Of a stretch of DNA of 64,000 nucleotides, positions 51,501 to 58,037 are shown piece after piece (positions within the stretch are counted from its first letter, which is position 1; each line of letters starts with the position of its first letter). The position numbers and the translations under genes were made by a program. The notes beneath the pieces are model-generated. The model saw only the letters and a list, made by a program, of their open reading frames with translations. It had not been told where the DNA came from and did not search any database. Source of the stretch: a virus. Lineage: Duplodnaviria > Caudoviricetes. The stretch lies in the IMG/VR virus record IMGVR_UViG_3300010282_000004, positions 1 to 64,000 of that record, one strand, 5' to 3'.

Positions 51501-54500
51501 AGCAGAAATGATTTTGAAGCACTGACATTTGGTGAATGGGTAAATAATACTATCAATGCCTATTCTGGTAACATGGCTAGGATGAAAGATGAATTTCTTA
51601 AAACTCGCACAGAGGCCTTTTATCTTGACATTAGTAATGCTGATTTTAGCAAGTTTGATGAGAACATGATAAATGAGTTGAATAAAATAGGGGTTAAAGT
51701 TAAACTTGACACAAAACCTAATTTATTTCAAACGAAAACGCAAGGACTAAAAAAATATGGCATTGGTGTGAATAGAACATCTGGTTTAGCTGAACTTTCA
51801 GAATATACAAAGAATGCTAATCTTGTTGACTTTGATCCATTAACTCAATCGTTGAGTGCTTCAGATAGAATTGTTTTACAGTTTACTGGTGACGCAAGGC
51901 AATTAAATACTACAGTACTGCAAATGCAAGAAATATTCGGAGATATTGACGGCTTTGATGGTGCTATTAATCAGCTTGGTATTATGCAAAATGATTTAGA
52001 TGGTATTATTTCTTCATTTGAAAAAATGGCTGATGCATATGTATATGAAGAACTTATTATGAATAAAAATGACAAAATGGATCTTGAATCATTGCCAAAT
52101 AACATAACTAATGCAGTAAAAGAATATAATGAAGCCTTTAAAAATAATGATAAAAAGGCAATGGATCAGGCAACAATACATTATTTAGGATCAATAAAAA
52201 GTTCAGAAAAATACCTAAATGATCAAATTGCGAATGGGAAGATATCAGAAGAAGATGCACAAGCAGTAATGAATTACCTTGAAAATATGTATTCAAGTCA
52301 GATGCAAGGTGCAATAGACACATTAGAACTTCATTTAAAAGTTGTGGCTGATTTGTATCCAACTGTGTCAAAAGATTCTATTAAATCTTTAAAGGATAAT
52401 CTTAGTAGGGAAGATCTTATTTCTATATCTGACATGATTGATACATATGAGAATGATGGTCAAGATTTGCAAGAAGTTGTAAGTAATGCAATGGAATCTG
52501 CTCGTGCAAAGATTATAGAACAAGGGTTAAACCCTGAAGATATGGACAGTGCAACTCAGATTGCGCTTAATAAAGCAATTGATGATGCAGCATCTGAGCT
52601 TGGAATGACAACTGAAATGTTCCTTAGCACATATTATTCTGCAGAGAATGGTATCAATGGTCTTTTGCAATTCTGTAAGGAAAACGGATATGAACTAGAA
52701 CAATTACTTGATGAATTAGGATTTAAATCTCGTGAAGTTTCTGAAGAAGAAACTAATCTTACTTCAAATATTGCAGAGAAAGTTAATACCGCAAGAAAGA
52801 GTCTTGAGTCTTTATATGATTCCTTGGAAAAGTATAGAACTGGCAAACTTGTTGGTGGTGATTATCTTGACGTATTAGAAGATGTTCTTAAAGAGGACTC
52901 TGAATTCCTTGAAGGTGCTAACAATATTGGTGAAGCATTACAAAATGCAATTAATAAGAAACTTGAAGAAACAAGGGCATTAATTGTACAGAAAGCCCCT
53001 GAATTACTTGATGCATGGGATGAAGCAATTGACAAGGCGCAGTTTACCTCTAAGTTAAATGAGGCAAATACAGAACTTGATAAATTACAAGAAGGAATGA
53101 AAACACTCTCTTCTGCTTTTGACGAATATAATGAGAGCGGATTTATAACACTAGATACTCTCCAGTCTCTTATGGCAGAAAATGGTGAATACATTCAGAT
53201 GCTTACTATTGAGAATGGCCAATTAAAGATTAACGAAGAAGCTTATAAGAATATTATGGCTGCTAAATTAAATGATTTTAAAGCTACTCTTGATAAGGCT
53301 GCTGCTGCAGAGATTAATGCACTTGCAGAAGAAAATGCTGAAGGTAAAACAAGAAGTAACATTCAGGCATTAAACGAAGAGACAATTGCTTATAGTGAAA
53401 ATACTAGAGAGGCAATTAAGAATGCAACAAAAAAAGGTGTGTCAGAAGATGAAATCAATAATATCATAAATAAATATGACACAATTTGGGATACCGCATT
53501 AAAAGGATACAACAAAAACTTTAAACAGTTTTCTGGTCTTGCCAACTCTTCTGCTAAAGATGCTCAAACAAAGGCTAAAGAACTTCTTGATAATTATATT
53601 GCAGTTCAAGATGCATTACTTGATGCCGGGAAAATTTCATTTGCCGACTATTGTAAGAATGTCAAGGGCAAACTTGATGAAATGTATAATAGTGGGAAGA
53701 TATCTGCAAAAGATTATTTTGATAGTGTAAAGACTTTTCTTGAGAAACAACAATCTATTTATGATAAGATTCTTAATGCCGTAACAAGACGTTTCGATAA
53801 GGAAATCGAAGGTATTGATAAACAGATTACTGCTATTAACGAAGAGAATGATGCTCTTAACAAACAGAAAGACGAATATGATAAGATATTATCAGTGGTT
53901 CAGGAGGTTTATGATAAAGAAATTGAGTCTCTTCAGAATCAGCAAGAAGCTATTCAAGATAAGATTGACGCTCTTCAGAAAGCAAACGATGAAGAAGATC
54001 GTGCGCTTGCACTTGCAAATGCTAGATATGCTCTTGAGAAAGCACAACAACAGAGAACTAGATTAGTATACAATGGTGCCGAAGGTTTTGTATATCAGAC
54101 AGACCCTGAAGCAATTCGTGATGCTAAGAAAGAACTTAAAGATGTTGAACTTGAAAATACTATTTCTGCTCTTGAGGAAGAAAAGGAAGCATTAGATAAG
54201 AACATCGAGGCTCTTGAAGAATATAAAGAGAAATGGTCTGAAGTTAGTGGCACTTATGATAAGGAAGTTAATAGACAACTTGCTATTGCTCTTTGGGGTG
54301 AAAACTATGAACAGATGATTCTTCAGAATCGTGAGCAAGATATTCAAGATTTTACTGACAAGTATGTTGAACTTCAAAAGAAAGTTGATGATAATACTAG
54401 TTTAATTGAAAGTCTTGAAGAGAAGAAACAAGTGTACGAAGAACTCAAGAAAGAATGGCAAGACATTACAAGTGTATACGAACAGTCTATTGAAGATCAA

Positions 54501-55349
54501 TTGGCGGCAGAATATTTTGGAGCTGATTGGGAAAGTCAAATCTTGTCTGGAAGAAAGGCTACACTTGAGCAATTCAAAGACGCTTACATCTCTATCCAAG
54601 AGCAAATTCGTGAAGCTGCTCTACGGTCTGCTGAAGCTCAGGAGAAGGCTGCTGCAGCCGGATCTGGAAATACTGGAAGTATACCTGTAACTGCTTCTGA
54701 TACTTCTACACAAAATAAGGTAAGAAATGTTTCATATCTTGAGTCTGATGAAGGTGTTATTCAAGAAATTGATGACATCAAGGAATATGTCAAAACACAT
54801 GCAAGAGATTTGCAGAATCCTTATGTAAGGATTAAAACTGAAGATATAACTGGATATGGAGTATATGACGAAAAGGACAAGAACTATAAAAAGCAAGTTA
54901 AGAGTTTTGAAACTCTTGGTGAAGCATTAAAGTTCGTTGATGAAAACAAGGAACGTAAGTGGAAAATCCGTGCAATCCAAGCATTTGCAAAGGGTGGTGT
55001 TATCAATGCCAACAATAACAATCCTCTTAATAGTATTGCATCTAAGCTTGGTGAAGATACTGCGGTTCTTGCAAGACATGGTGAGCGTATCCTTACCCCG
55101 GTACAGAATCAGTATTGGGAGAAATGGACTAATGCTATTCCTAATCTTACAAAACACCTTGAGAAACTTAAGTTTAATACTCCGAACTTATCTTCTATCC
55201 TTAATGCAGTTGCATCTAAAGAAACAACAGTTAAGCAGGAAATCAGTATCTCCTTGCCTAACGTAACAAATACATCTGGTGCTGAATACGTATTGAATGC
55301 TCTTAAGACATTACCTCTTGAGGCAGTACAACGTGTTAACAGACGTTAA
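36576..55349 (+). CDS. Giant tail tape measure protein (6257 aa)
   Basis: TP901-type core (DLDNALVDLQKTT...WSRLGY...TGTAFKTIAMRIRG...LAGKR, ~49570-50480); coiled coil throughout; C-terminal FAKGG...GERIL. Confidence 0.9.
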   Translation: MANASNSSFLRQYNIKIGADTTELLNKLKAAKKELTDKLNNLDFSVLTDAVKKDMEKVLEEVTNATELMSKSFENIESKLNVDGIEKNFTNLSSTVESTVGTLKDTLGSLEESIATLNSRDFTQLGGQISQSFNEVNESVGKVLGKIVEVTVGIKEYQEVLRDVRSGKITMNIETNNMENTVSNVENELDVIAHKYSDVISKIEERLSDMNVPTDPREDLKGLREYLIVLNNVIESYDEFNNDQKRSIGLNIDMIKKQRSQISGLYEDGIRYAKRAAIDLEKENLAINVSEKVSDMLSGAIEKGNTDEIKKALDKVVKFLGGLDFGEGIELKWKTRIDPDVTVEKLEKELQERYIQPIQEYLNNPNNELKLHVSIAKQSAVNLRDEAMKIIHDALAGKLGDNTIGDLRKDIVEQQAAKQSGQSSSQQSFVPMPGRYASQSGVSNSNYGGINLDATGLAQESTLSRIANAVEKWDSNGIPTVSRYPKKEENITEKAINKAEQLLAGRSLGNINNPIAVDAANVRKETIKRIGYYEQRNDMIKELAKVGVRLTKKKDIFTSSAFFNEGYTAKDGKVYAKWAGLGTPVLLEDWKKEWLKVLEDGVKPLTELEKRTIKENKYNRDKFTKEEWEKLEVKQNYTITEWLNKQLVDVNKIKEGSGLEYDGKRLIAANETSTSYGSIYSSAQSQIRVLQKEILEDRKDENGNIILGLNTEAQKLDILKEERDLMQQIIGLSSTDPSNEMLPQLKEQLRQKERHIENQDLFKEKQARLIELENIRTENNGWSNDEFYEYENIKQLINSLYVEPTEDMLEFALKNVEVIDAAVTEQQAKVEALQSTYNDRIRDITIKFYKDNNVFTTDSGQQIKLLVNDDADYRKKVEELKVGRATLSAMEASMYRGDYEDYGALYNDEERKQYSQLKYRMDALGKAVVFYQEMRKKQGVELEKIKEFVPKKVDSQGEEVMTLAKALKPMIESGLTENEYLRTASQEEFKQIVEDLLKVEDSEYDVQQDVITALEARIQYLNKKKIEVDKDIKDAKAAGRDTIKLEETSKGLGEAVAGLSADKKNIEAQNKLTTAIKSTNNLNDKEFDQLMRIVDTFVEKQNSKNRLDFLDKKLSPLSEVDYNNFLKEFNERMSVVFDLDEKHNAQKITDEQYNALITDAENKVYETIAKMNPLPEDVPIETKDKLNNIIYQIAYRENSYKTLSEALQQERKNRANLIKAYEEGKLVDPKTGDIAEDYFRKKDQEYVDRINEIVSNLNSILDENDRLMKDKSELLSGYRTSGKAFDQYTAEKVNSQKLDKQLEMLIEEALGSLSGRIKDKLGETLTSLISEGKFHEGLKEGLDKGIDSIIAEEGLGKDGKIFKEQLDEAIDSILEEGLTGYDLEKKLSDKFSSIINKNFYVRGGHLKGLLKNGVEGLLSNDLIYNLINYKLTPTGKATTNITNSASTRVSESKQATEILNRILHRNTVRTETEKKRSEERTEERTRAEVKKEETKERFNVSSILNSLETMQNEIYENIDEKKLMENELTELESLSGSNLLKAYDKFYESKEKELEALDQSEKDLLAKINSYTYSNEGIEELVNDILNNKDGRYVKRVSNDPRVPNVPLSKQELEKKANEKRTELYTEKNKLNEEYNKTVEDNKVKRQNIEKEIADERSKMAAGNAYLNILISEREKLKKFTSSANETESKIKKIDDELNLIRNRAQITGQIPDEIEQRRSELLKEREILQSSYNYKIESKKDIEDKILSLEEKILHGDGQDEINNRIDVIHQDLENLQVRRDFIRDSYKSKAGDLITGSGEKETKESRFYELNEALKHYSNSNFKIERELWGKAGTYLNSDDISDIIFGQVGAKYKSRLGAEYTITEDMQSLAREFGKNEPIISNLTKALRRFIPNFDKDVSILGGYDDKYTIKPSDSTDAINKNTTATEENTESKSDATTATAASTDEIKKETEEIEKNTKAKQKNQKVTNDILKQYGVDSEKSKNDQEIIQGILDSTYDEDQFDLDNVRRSTPTYIAYEKRKLDLQKDIDTLKDEKSKAGVKREKKTDTALSDLIRQKENVEKELERMKDGFSQKEVNNLEILYNYVRSIYSPKSGIINATLDGIIGDEDDIKAIKEKANFFENQFRLYSPQNMKQRYESSDELKGQFKSYKEYSKHMLKELNKDRGTKYKSTGDYLKDLYTQIKSDAEFVAGSYKYNNHGKNPDNVIRGLRSQLTTLENNLHDLQTRNVTHGEAHDKEIQELESKIQEKRDELREYEEGYEQYSIQAKEKEIADLNQRINNEKTARAINVSSSGEQDAQKAINNKRRELKRLEAKEKSIGLADPMYLKAVEENEKRKEKREEEENRHAHMTEEEKKLTNDLYEANGKLINMLKDKDKYTEKQIDDQKKIIRGLEEQVELSERLELYERGQYNNARLKSQYRPKQKLSSSTDEPFIDIDPTIPATEKTLVEIRDILYKTIGKNLSRPKQKTEDEREHSEFFKKYGVEYNKYLIDKVAKDLGLMSETYKNGVKVKYIDKDDRETVNLEYARRIKERNKEIDKIAEELGLFKKNKAGEKYLTSEGRRRAIVEMENRSPGSSMYQRHTIDSWRKEFEKDPTYKIGQIKDARDLIKTILLEDAKGNDVSKLFSDLMTKFGDQIGVKKEVEDKDSLTNQIKDIMIKMLEADSKGEDTSELFKELLKKQEEVNSLKVESNKDGEQSDSTAQTEVKPDLKEEIKGLLQQFFLKDALGEDTSDLFKQLLQKADSVLGNEESVLSKAIKSATKSNKVGELDTELYKEIAKRNGWYYENTLEDGTVKSGVKSDFRKYVYGQMEIEKAGSSGYSDEVVKENVKEYLMYLLAKGRDGALTKAGTTRASSKKELEKELVNIKPGFEGLTEEQLTRVNSILGDTATTLSQVAQSSEQVASAQSNLSEEEKLRLRAEEQQQADLDKFGNNNAAAGSLENQTNVTDALVESSQQATAALSEQDNANRQVAESSQQATTALSEQTGQQTQTSSEQTGSDIPNELPLPTGEVLDFKKLLEEYKMAEPILDKYGKKTVEKFYNGALAETDDEKKAFEEIAKIPKEVIATYLDMHSPSKVMEVLGYNTIEGFAKGIEENADRVSEAMAYALQEGKFTQSDINDLLGSLDRRKKSNKIVGDFIDSKRYESDEIKQLLQADMTAYGELKSSILSQIKDKNMNDIAKIIRDDTDFVNKITDAETALKNITNGQATFENVFADIFGNKSHKTVSEAYTTAIRKMTVGTGELNETIAKVVNNLGDVETASEEAFDVKPVKEQINGLRSELGNDLNVKEKTRKAKKGNKKSYKIEGENGTATISESGEVSITKKTINDLDKKRQNDKDEKENERKTKDAKRKEFDEIIDAAKAVVIAEREVDSAFNKFKKDNNAFAPILAEARVNLDKKKEELAKFDVEKFLKDNSKYLTKKQMSAYDSAIRKQRTLEDTRLASQQSDFNATVNKNQKKADAQHAARVNEDAEELKSLKTKSLDYEYLIQKATGEKEKKTLKRLKADVDSIFETKFASYGKEVISVYDDKIKDVESRHIERMALEISKNDDKLDKLGKKNSSDKSVQNARELLDLQKEIYRYEIMRDKAGEGYEKDALNKILAQKNERFLKLFSKADKATVKEFNKGYGSIYEKHNNELYLLSQKNKDKEDIKLRKEAEADNRQFDKDREHEINDAKKVRENAYVKILKTMLQISDATNQDQVDNLKQLIELYKKDFNEASNTLMKLSTEVFNESNDKLRLLKLETKNKRDLKMHNIQEKAETENNLINKKKLDAIQSDADELLKVQEEIYQTEIQIEKARGENERNYYKNQLDNKKQELTTLLSQASDETKNKFEEGLVELKKKHEDNLSLITAKILDDSDARDKKAQEGADKRQEKISKEQKKYITQRTEKGLWMDFNHRNIENAYAVGATATFKNQKSDTIWQGELFNKEVDELISSVEEIVKAEEELDKAQKEFDEKGDAYEGRLDVAKEKLSAAVGKYRDLNPVEFYEGNKDAFSDDQMSRYTKVMDKWEKLNLDRDTRIAQEREKAQKKFESDAKNTISTADRMYKTISNLDESYGITSDENIAEYKKNIYDSLTNIGKTLKKELYNTDENDNILSLKNIIDINTLSKIDELTSKVHTLGDEIERINKQEEIDSEINLAKSNVGNMLNNLGLYNSDEYRGLVLDIVSYINNIDMLKRDDNGLFGDVEINNAKNYLSVIKNIEKEANNIPQLASEISKSKISAQMSDYLRKNTRINPIRRNELELLMNQLDSKSLDQQGLKNIIQRFNELKVQINQAGEAGKGFAAIFNTKMVHIISAQVAQMFSFYSILNRIRSAINVIVDLDNALVDLQKTTKMNTSDLNDFYYEANNISIRMGVTTKEIIEQASAWSRLGYNTKDAAEQMAELNSQFASISPGMDINTATDGLVSSMKAFNIEVEDVERRIMDNINRVGNTAATSNQEIVDMLTRSSAAMAAANNSIEETIALETAAVEITRNAETTGTAFKTIAMRIRGYDEETEELSEDLETISGDIASLTKINGKGGISLFTDDTKQTYKSTYQILKEISEIYDDLTDKQRAELLEKLAGKRGGQVVAGLLTNFDAVEKALNEMDNAAGSSDDEMRIIEKSISYKINALKETWTGVFQDIVERDDIGSIITALTSLSSALGNFIRLLDNLKFKIGNVTGNNPLINMLGLGNVTIGGNNALGGILGLGAGAALGTRNLGVIRTYNVSNDDGTSSLRIGTWLNQRKNIVNNYDKKINKNKKLLEEAKGVLQQLQEYFGDSNTLERIEKYKKGVEDVGSAFNNTSDELKNYVLQHISSDNIFEDFIKETVDTTNALEEEKTEIVKTSGAMDKLAKTVRVGLNALVSMGLGMLIDTALGWVQEYLSAEETIREKARDAGKAISETSESVEDYKKQINDLYKVIKDKSSTDDQVIEARTTLLELQNQMIEKYGDETSKIESVTKATLGYVDALDQLTTAQYYASRNDFEALTFGEWVNNTINAYSGNMARMKDEFLKTRTEAFYLDISNADFSKFDENMINELNKIGVKVKLDTKPNLFQTKTQGLKKYGIGVNRTSGLAELSEYTKNANLVDFDPLTQSLSASDRIVLQFTGDARQLNTTVLQMQEIFGDIDGFDGAINQLGIMQNDLDGIISSFEKMADAYVYEELIMNKNDKMDLESLPNNITNAVKEYNEAFKNNDKKAMDQATIHYLGSIKSSEKYLNDQIANGKISEEDAQAVMNYLENMYSSQMQGAIDTLELHLKVVADLYPTVSKDSIKSLKDNLSREDLISISDMIDTYENDGQDLQEVVSNAMESARAKIIEQGLNPEDMDSATQIALNKAIDDAASELGMTTEMFLSTYYSAENGINGLLQFCKENGYELEQLLDELGFKSREVSEEETNLTSNIAEKVNTARKSLESLYDSLEKYRTGKLVGGDYLDVLEDVLKEDSEFLEGANNIGEALQNAINKKLEETRALIVQKAPELLDAWDEAIDKAQFTSKLNEANTELDKLQEGMKTLSSAFDEYNESGFITLDTLQSLMAENGEYIQMLTIENGQLKINEEAYKNIMAAKLNDFKATLDKAAAAEINALAEENAEGKTRSNIQALNEETIAYSENTREAIKNATKKGVSEDEINNIINKYDTIWDTALKGYNKNFKQFSGLANSSAKDAQTKAKELLDNYIAVQDALLDAGKISFADYCKNVKGKLDEMYNSGKISAKDYFDSVKTFLEKQQSIYDKILNAVTRRFDKEIEGIDKQITAINEENDALNKQKDEYDKILSVVQEVYDKEIESLQNQQEAIQDKIDALQKANDEEDRALALANARYALEKAQQQRTRLVYNGAEGFVYQTDPEAIRDAKKELKDVELENTISALEEEKEALDKNIEALEEYKEKWSEVSGTYDKEVNRQLAIALWGENYEQMILQNREQDIQDFTDKYVELQKKVDDNTSLIESLEEKKQVYEELKKEWQDITSVYEQSIEDQLAAEYFGADWESQILSGRKATLEQFKDAYISIQEQIREAALRSAEAQEKAAAAGSGNTGSIPVTASDTSTQNKVRNVSYLESDEGVIQEIDDIKEYVKTHARDLQNPYVRIKTEDITGYGVYDEKDKNYKKQVKSFETLGEALKFVDENKERKWKIRAIQAFAKGGVINANNNNPLNSIASKLGEDTAVLARHGERILTPVQNQYWEKWTNAIPNLTKHLEKLKFNTPNLSSILNAVASKETTVKQEISISLPNVTNTSGAEYVLNALKTLPLEAVQRVNRR

Positions 55350-55352
55350 ACG

Positions 55353-55404
55353 ATAGTCATTTCTATGGCTATTTTTTTGTGGGTGGTTGAAATATACCAC
55401 CCAC
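55353..55404 (+). terminator. Terminator plus second hairpin after the tape measure gene
   Basis: atagtcat/atggctat + T-tract; gtgggtggt-tgaaatat-accacccac. Confidence 0.6.
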
Positions 55405-55432
55405 TTATTTTAAAAGAAAGGAATGAATATTT

Positions 55433-55774
55433 ATGGAAAAAGTGAATGAACTCATCCTTGATGCTATAGAGACTTTCGTTGATAAAAAAGTTAAGGACGC
55501 ACCTTATGATTATACACAGATAGGTACTATTGTAGAACCATTAGGTGGCGGTAACTATATAGTATCTGCTAATGGAGAAGAATTTGAAGTAGAATCTCCT
55601 TATATTGGATTACAGAAACTTGATAAGGTCTATGTAATTACACGATTAAACAATAAACATAAACGTTATATCAGTGGAACTTTTGGTGAAAGAATTTTGA
55701 TGGACACTGGTATAAGTACTATTACTCTCACACAAAGTGAGGTTGATGATTTGATTAATGTATTTAATTTTTAG
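55433..55774 (+). CDS. Small baseplate/tail-tip protein (OB-fold-like)
   Basis: G.IV..LG.G.Y.V...G....V pattern; follows the tape measure gene. Confidence 0.55.
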   Translation: MEKVNELILDAIETFVDKKVKDAPYDYTQIGTIVEPLGGGNYIVSANGEEFEVESPYIGLQKLDKVYVITRLNNKHKRYISGTFGERILMDTGISTITLTQSEVDDLINVFNF

Positions 55775-55788
55775 GAGGTGATGATTAA

Positions 55789-57087
55789 ATGGCAAGTTCA
55801 AATTCTATTAAACCAATTTTAGGTGGCAATGTATCAAAACCATTTGACGTACAAAATGGTGTTTTAATACCATTCCAGTTCAATGGAGTTCCTATTAATA
55901 ATACATATCAAATATTAGATCTGGAGAGTTTAGAGGTTTTATATACTAGCGTTACAGAAGAATCCTCAGAATATAGATTTATTATAGCCGCAGGTGGTCT
56001 AGGTGGTGCTATCTCAAATGGTCATAATTATTTATTTAAAGGAAAAGTAAGCTACAATAATAATGGTGCTATTGTAGAAAGTTCATGGTCTGATACTGCA
56101 ATTATTTACTGCTACTCTATGCCATCTATAAGTTTAACAAATATTCCTGCTCAGCAGGGAGAACAACCAATTGAAATCAATGTACCTACTATTACTGTAG
56201 GTATTAACTATACAACAGGCACTGAGCCTGATATTGACGATTTAAATCTGTTTAAATATTCCATATACAATGCTGATAAAGTTTTGTTAAAGGCATCTGA
56301 GTCATATAAAGACAAGACACAGATGTATACATTCTATGGTTTAGATAATAATAAGATTTATTATTTGAGAGTTGTAGGCACTACTGTTCACGGTCAGACT
56401 GTTGACACAGGATATGTGCCTATCTTTATTAGACTTGGTAGTGCAGGAAGTAGTTCTGTATTCTCAGTAGAGAATAATAAGTGTGAAGGAAACATTCTTG
56501 TAAGTACAAATATTGATACACAAGGTTATTACAAAGAACGTGATGCTATTGTGTATTATAATCCAGATCCCACAAGTTATCCACCTGGAGAATCATATGA
56601 TACTGAGCATCCTGATGATCCAGCTCATATTTGGAGTGGATATTTCTTAAACACACTTCCAGACGGATATGTATGCTATACGAAGGGTTACTATATTAAT
56701 GGTGAATTTGCATCGAAGGTAACATTTGGTCAGCCACTTCCAACTGATAGGGTATTTTACTTTAAGGATACAGACGATAATGAAATTGTTGCAAGATATA
56801 TGCTTATTAAGGGATTGGATAACACAACTGTAAAAGGAGCATATTTCTTGTTGGAAGTTGTTAACACTACAAATGCTAGTGGTGTAACACTTAAGAAGTT
56901 GATTAATAATTATGCTACTGATGTATTCCCGGCATTAACAAATAATGACTTGGTAGACTTATCAGTTAACAGAGAGAAGGTATATTACCAAGAAGGTAGA
57001 ACAGAGTTCTACTACTCTTATACTATTAAAGCAAAGATTACTACATATAACAATAATGGAGAGGTGGTGAATGAAGCATGGTACTAG
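55789..57087 (+). CDS. Tail/baseplate protein with Fn3/Ig-like domains
   Basis: NGHNY.F..KV...S.WS and GLDNNKIYYLRV FnIII-type patterns. Confidence 0.6.
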   Translation: MASSNSIKPILGGNVSKPFDVQNGVLIPFQFNGVPINNTYQILDLESLEVLYTSVTEESSEYRFIIAAGGLGGAISNGHNYLFKGKVSYNNNGAIVESSWSDTAIIYCYSMPSISLTNIPAQQGEQPIEINVPTITVGINYTTGTEPDIDDLNLFKYSIYNADKVLLKASESYKDKTQMYTFYGLDNNKIYYLRVVGTTVHGQTVDTGYVPIFIRLGSAGSSSVFSVENNKCEGNILVSTNIDTQGYYKERDAIVYYNPDPTSYPPGESYDTEHPDDPAHIWSGYFLNTLPDGYVCYTKGYYINGEFASKVTFGQPLPTDRVFYFKDTDDNEIVARYMLIKGLDNTTVKGAYFLLEVVNTTNASGVTLKKLINNYATDVFPALTNNDLVDLSVNREKVYYQEGRTEFYYSYTIKAKITTYNNNGEVVNEAWY

Positions 57088-58037
57088 GATATATGGCAAA
57101 TGGTTACAATGAAGATTGTGCCTATAATAGAAAAACTGCATCAGTAGAAAACATCAATAAGGTTACTGTTGCTACTGCTAAGTTTAAAGAGTTTATGGTT
57201 CGTGATAAATGTGATATTAATGTCGACACTCCATATACAGATGATTGGGATGAGCATATGGTACTTCATGCTAAATTCGACAGACCTTATGACCCTGCTA
57301 ATAATCCTGATCCTACAAGTATGAACTATGATTCTGGCAACTATAAATACAATGTTCAGAACACAAAACATATTCTTGTTAAGAGAAGGCCTGTCAACGG
57401 ATATGAATGGATGACAGTTTATAGTAAAGATATAAACGATGCATCCGACTTCACATTTAGTTTCTTTGATAATTACGCAGCTAGTATGACAGAATACGAG
57501 TATGCTTTAGTTCCAGTAAAGAATAACGGAACTGAAGGTGATTATACTTATCAGTATGTAACTTCTGAATTCGATGGTTGTTATATTGTTGATACAGAAA
57601 AGATGTTTAGACTTTTTGTTGACTTAAAGATGGACAGAAATGTTAACTCTCCTAGAGCATTTATTACAAGTCTCAATAAAAAGTATCCTACAACTGTTAA
57701 GACCTCAAAGGCTAAGTATATGAAAGGAAGTGCTACTGCATCTGTTATTGACTTTATCTGTAATGATTGTAAGTTAGATGAAGAGAATGCTTGGAAGTAT
57801 AGGAATGACTTCTTAGATTTCTTATATAATGGCAATGCTAAAGTTCTTAAAACATATGATGGTAGGTTTAATTATATTATTGAAATTGAAGATGGTGCCT
57901 CTGAGAGTGCATCTGAAAATTGGAATCTTCCTACTACGTCATTCAATTTCGTGCAAATTGGGAGTGCCGAAAGTACTGAGGATATGACTAAGGCAGGATT
58001 AATTGAAGTTGAAAGAGAATGGTGGGAAGATAAATGA
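57078..58037 (+). CDS. Distal tail/baseplate protein
   Basis: YEYALVPV..EG motif; position. Confidence 0.55.
   Translation: MVLGYMANGYNEDCAYNRKTASVENINKVTVATAKFKEFMVRDKCDINVDTPYTDDWDEHMVLHAKFDRPYDPANNPDPTSMNYDSGNYKYNVQNTKHILVKRRPVNGYEWMTVYSKDINDASDFTFSFFDNYAASMTEYEYALVPVKNNGTEGDYTYQYVTSEFDGCYIVDTEKMFRLFVDLKMDRNVNSPRAFITSLNKKYPTTVKTSKAKYMKGSATASVIDFICNDCKLDEENAWKYRNDFLDFLYNGNAKVLKTYDGRFNYIIEIEDGASESASENWNLPTTSFNFVQIGSAESTEDMTKAGLIEVEREWWEDK

Noticed and set aside
36554-55266. Many 60-210 aa ORFs antisense or out of frame within the tape measure gene
   Set aside because: S/F/L-rich shadows of a K/E-rich coding strand; no independent signals.
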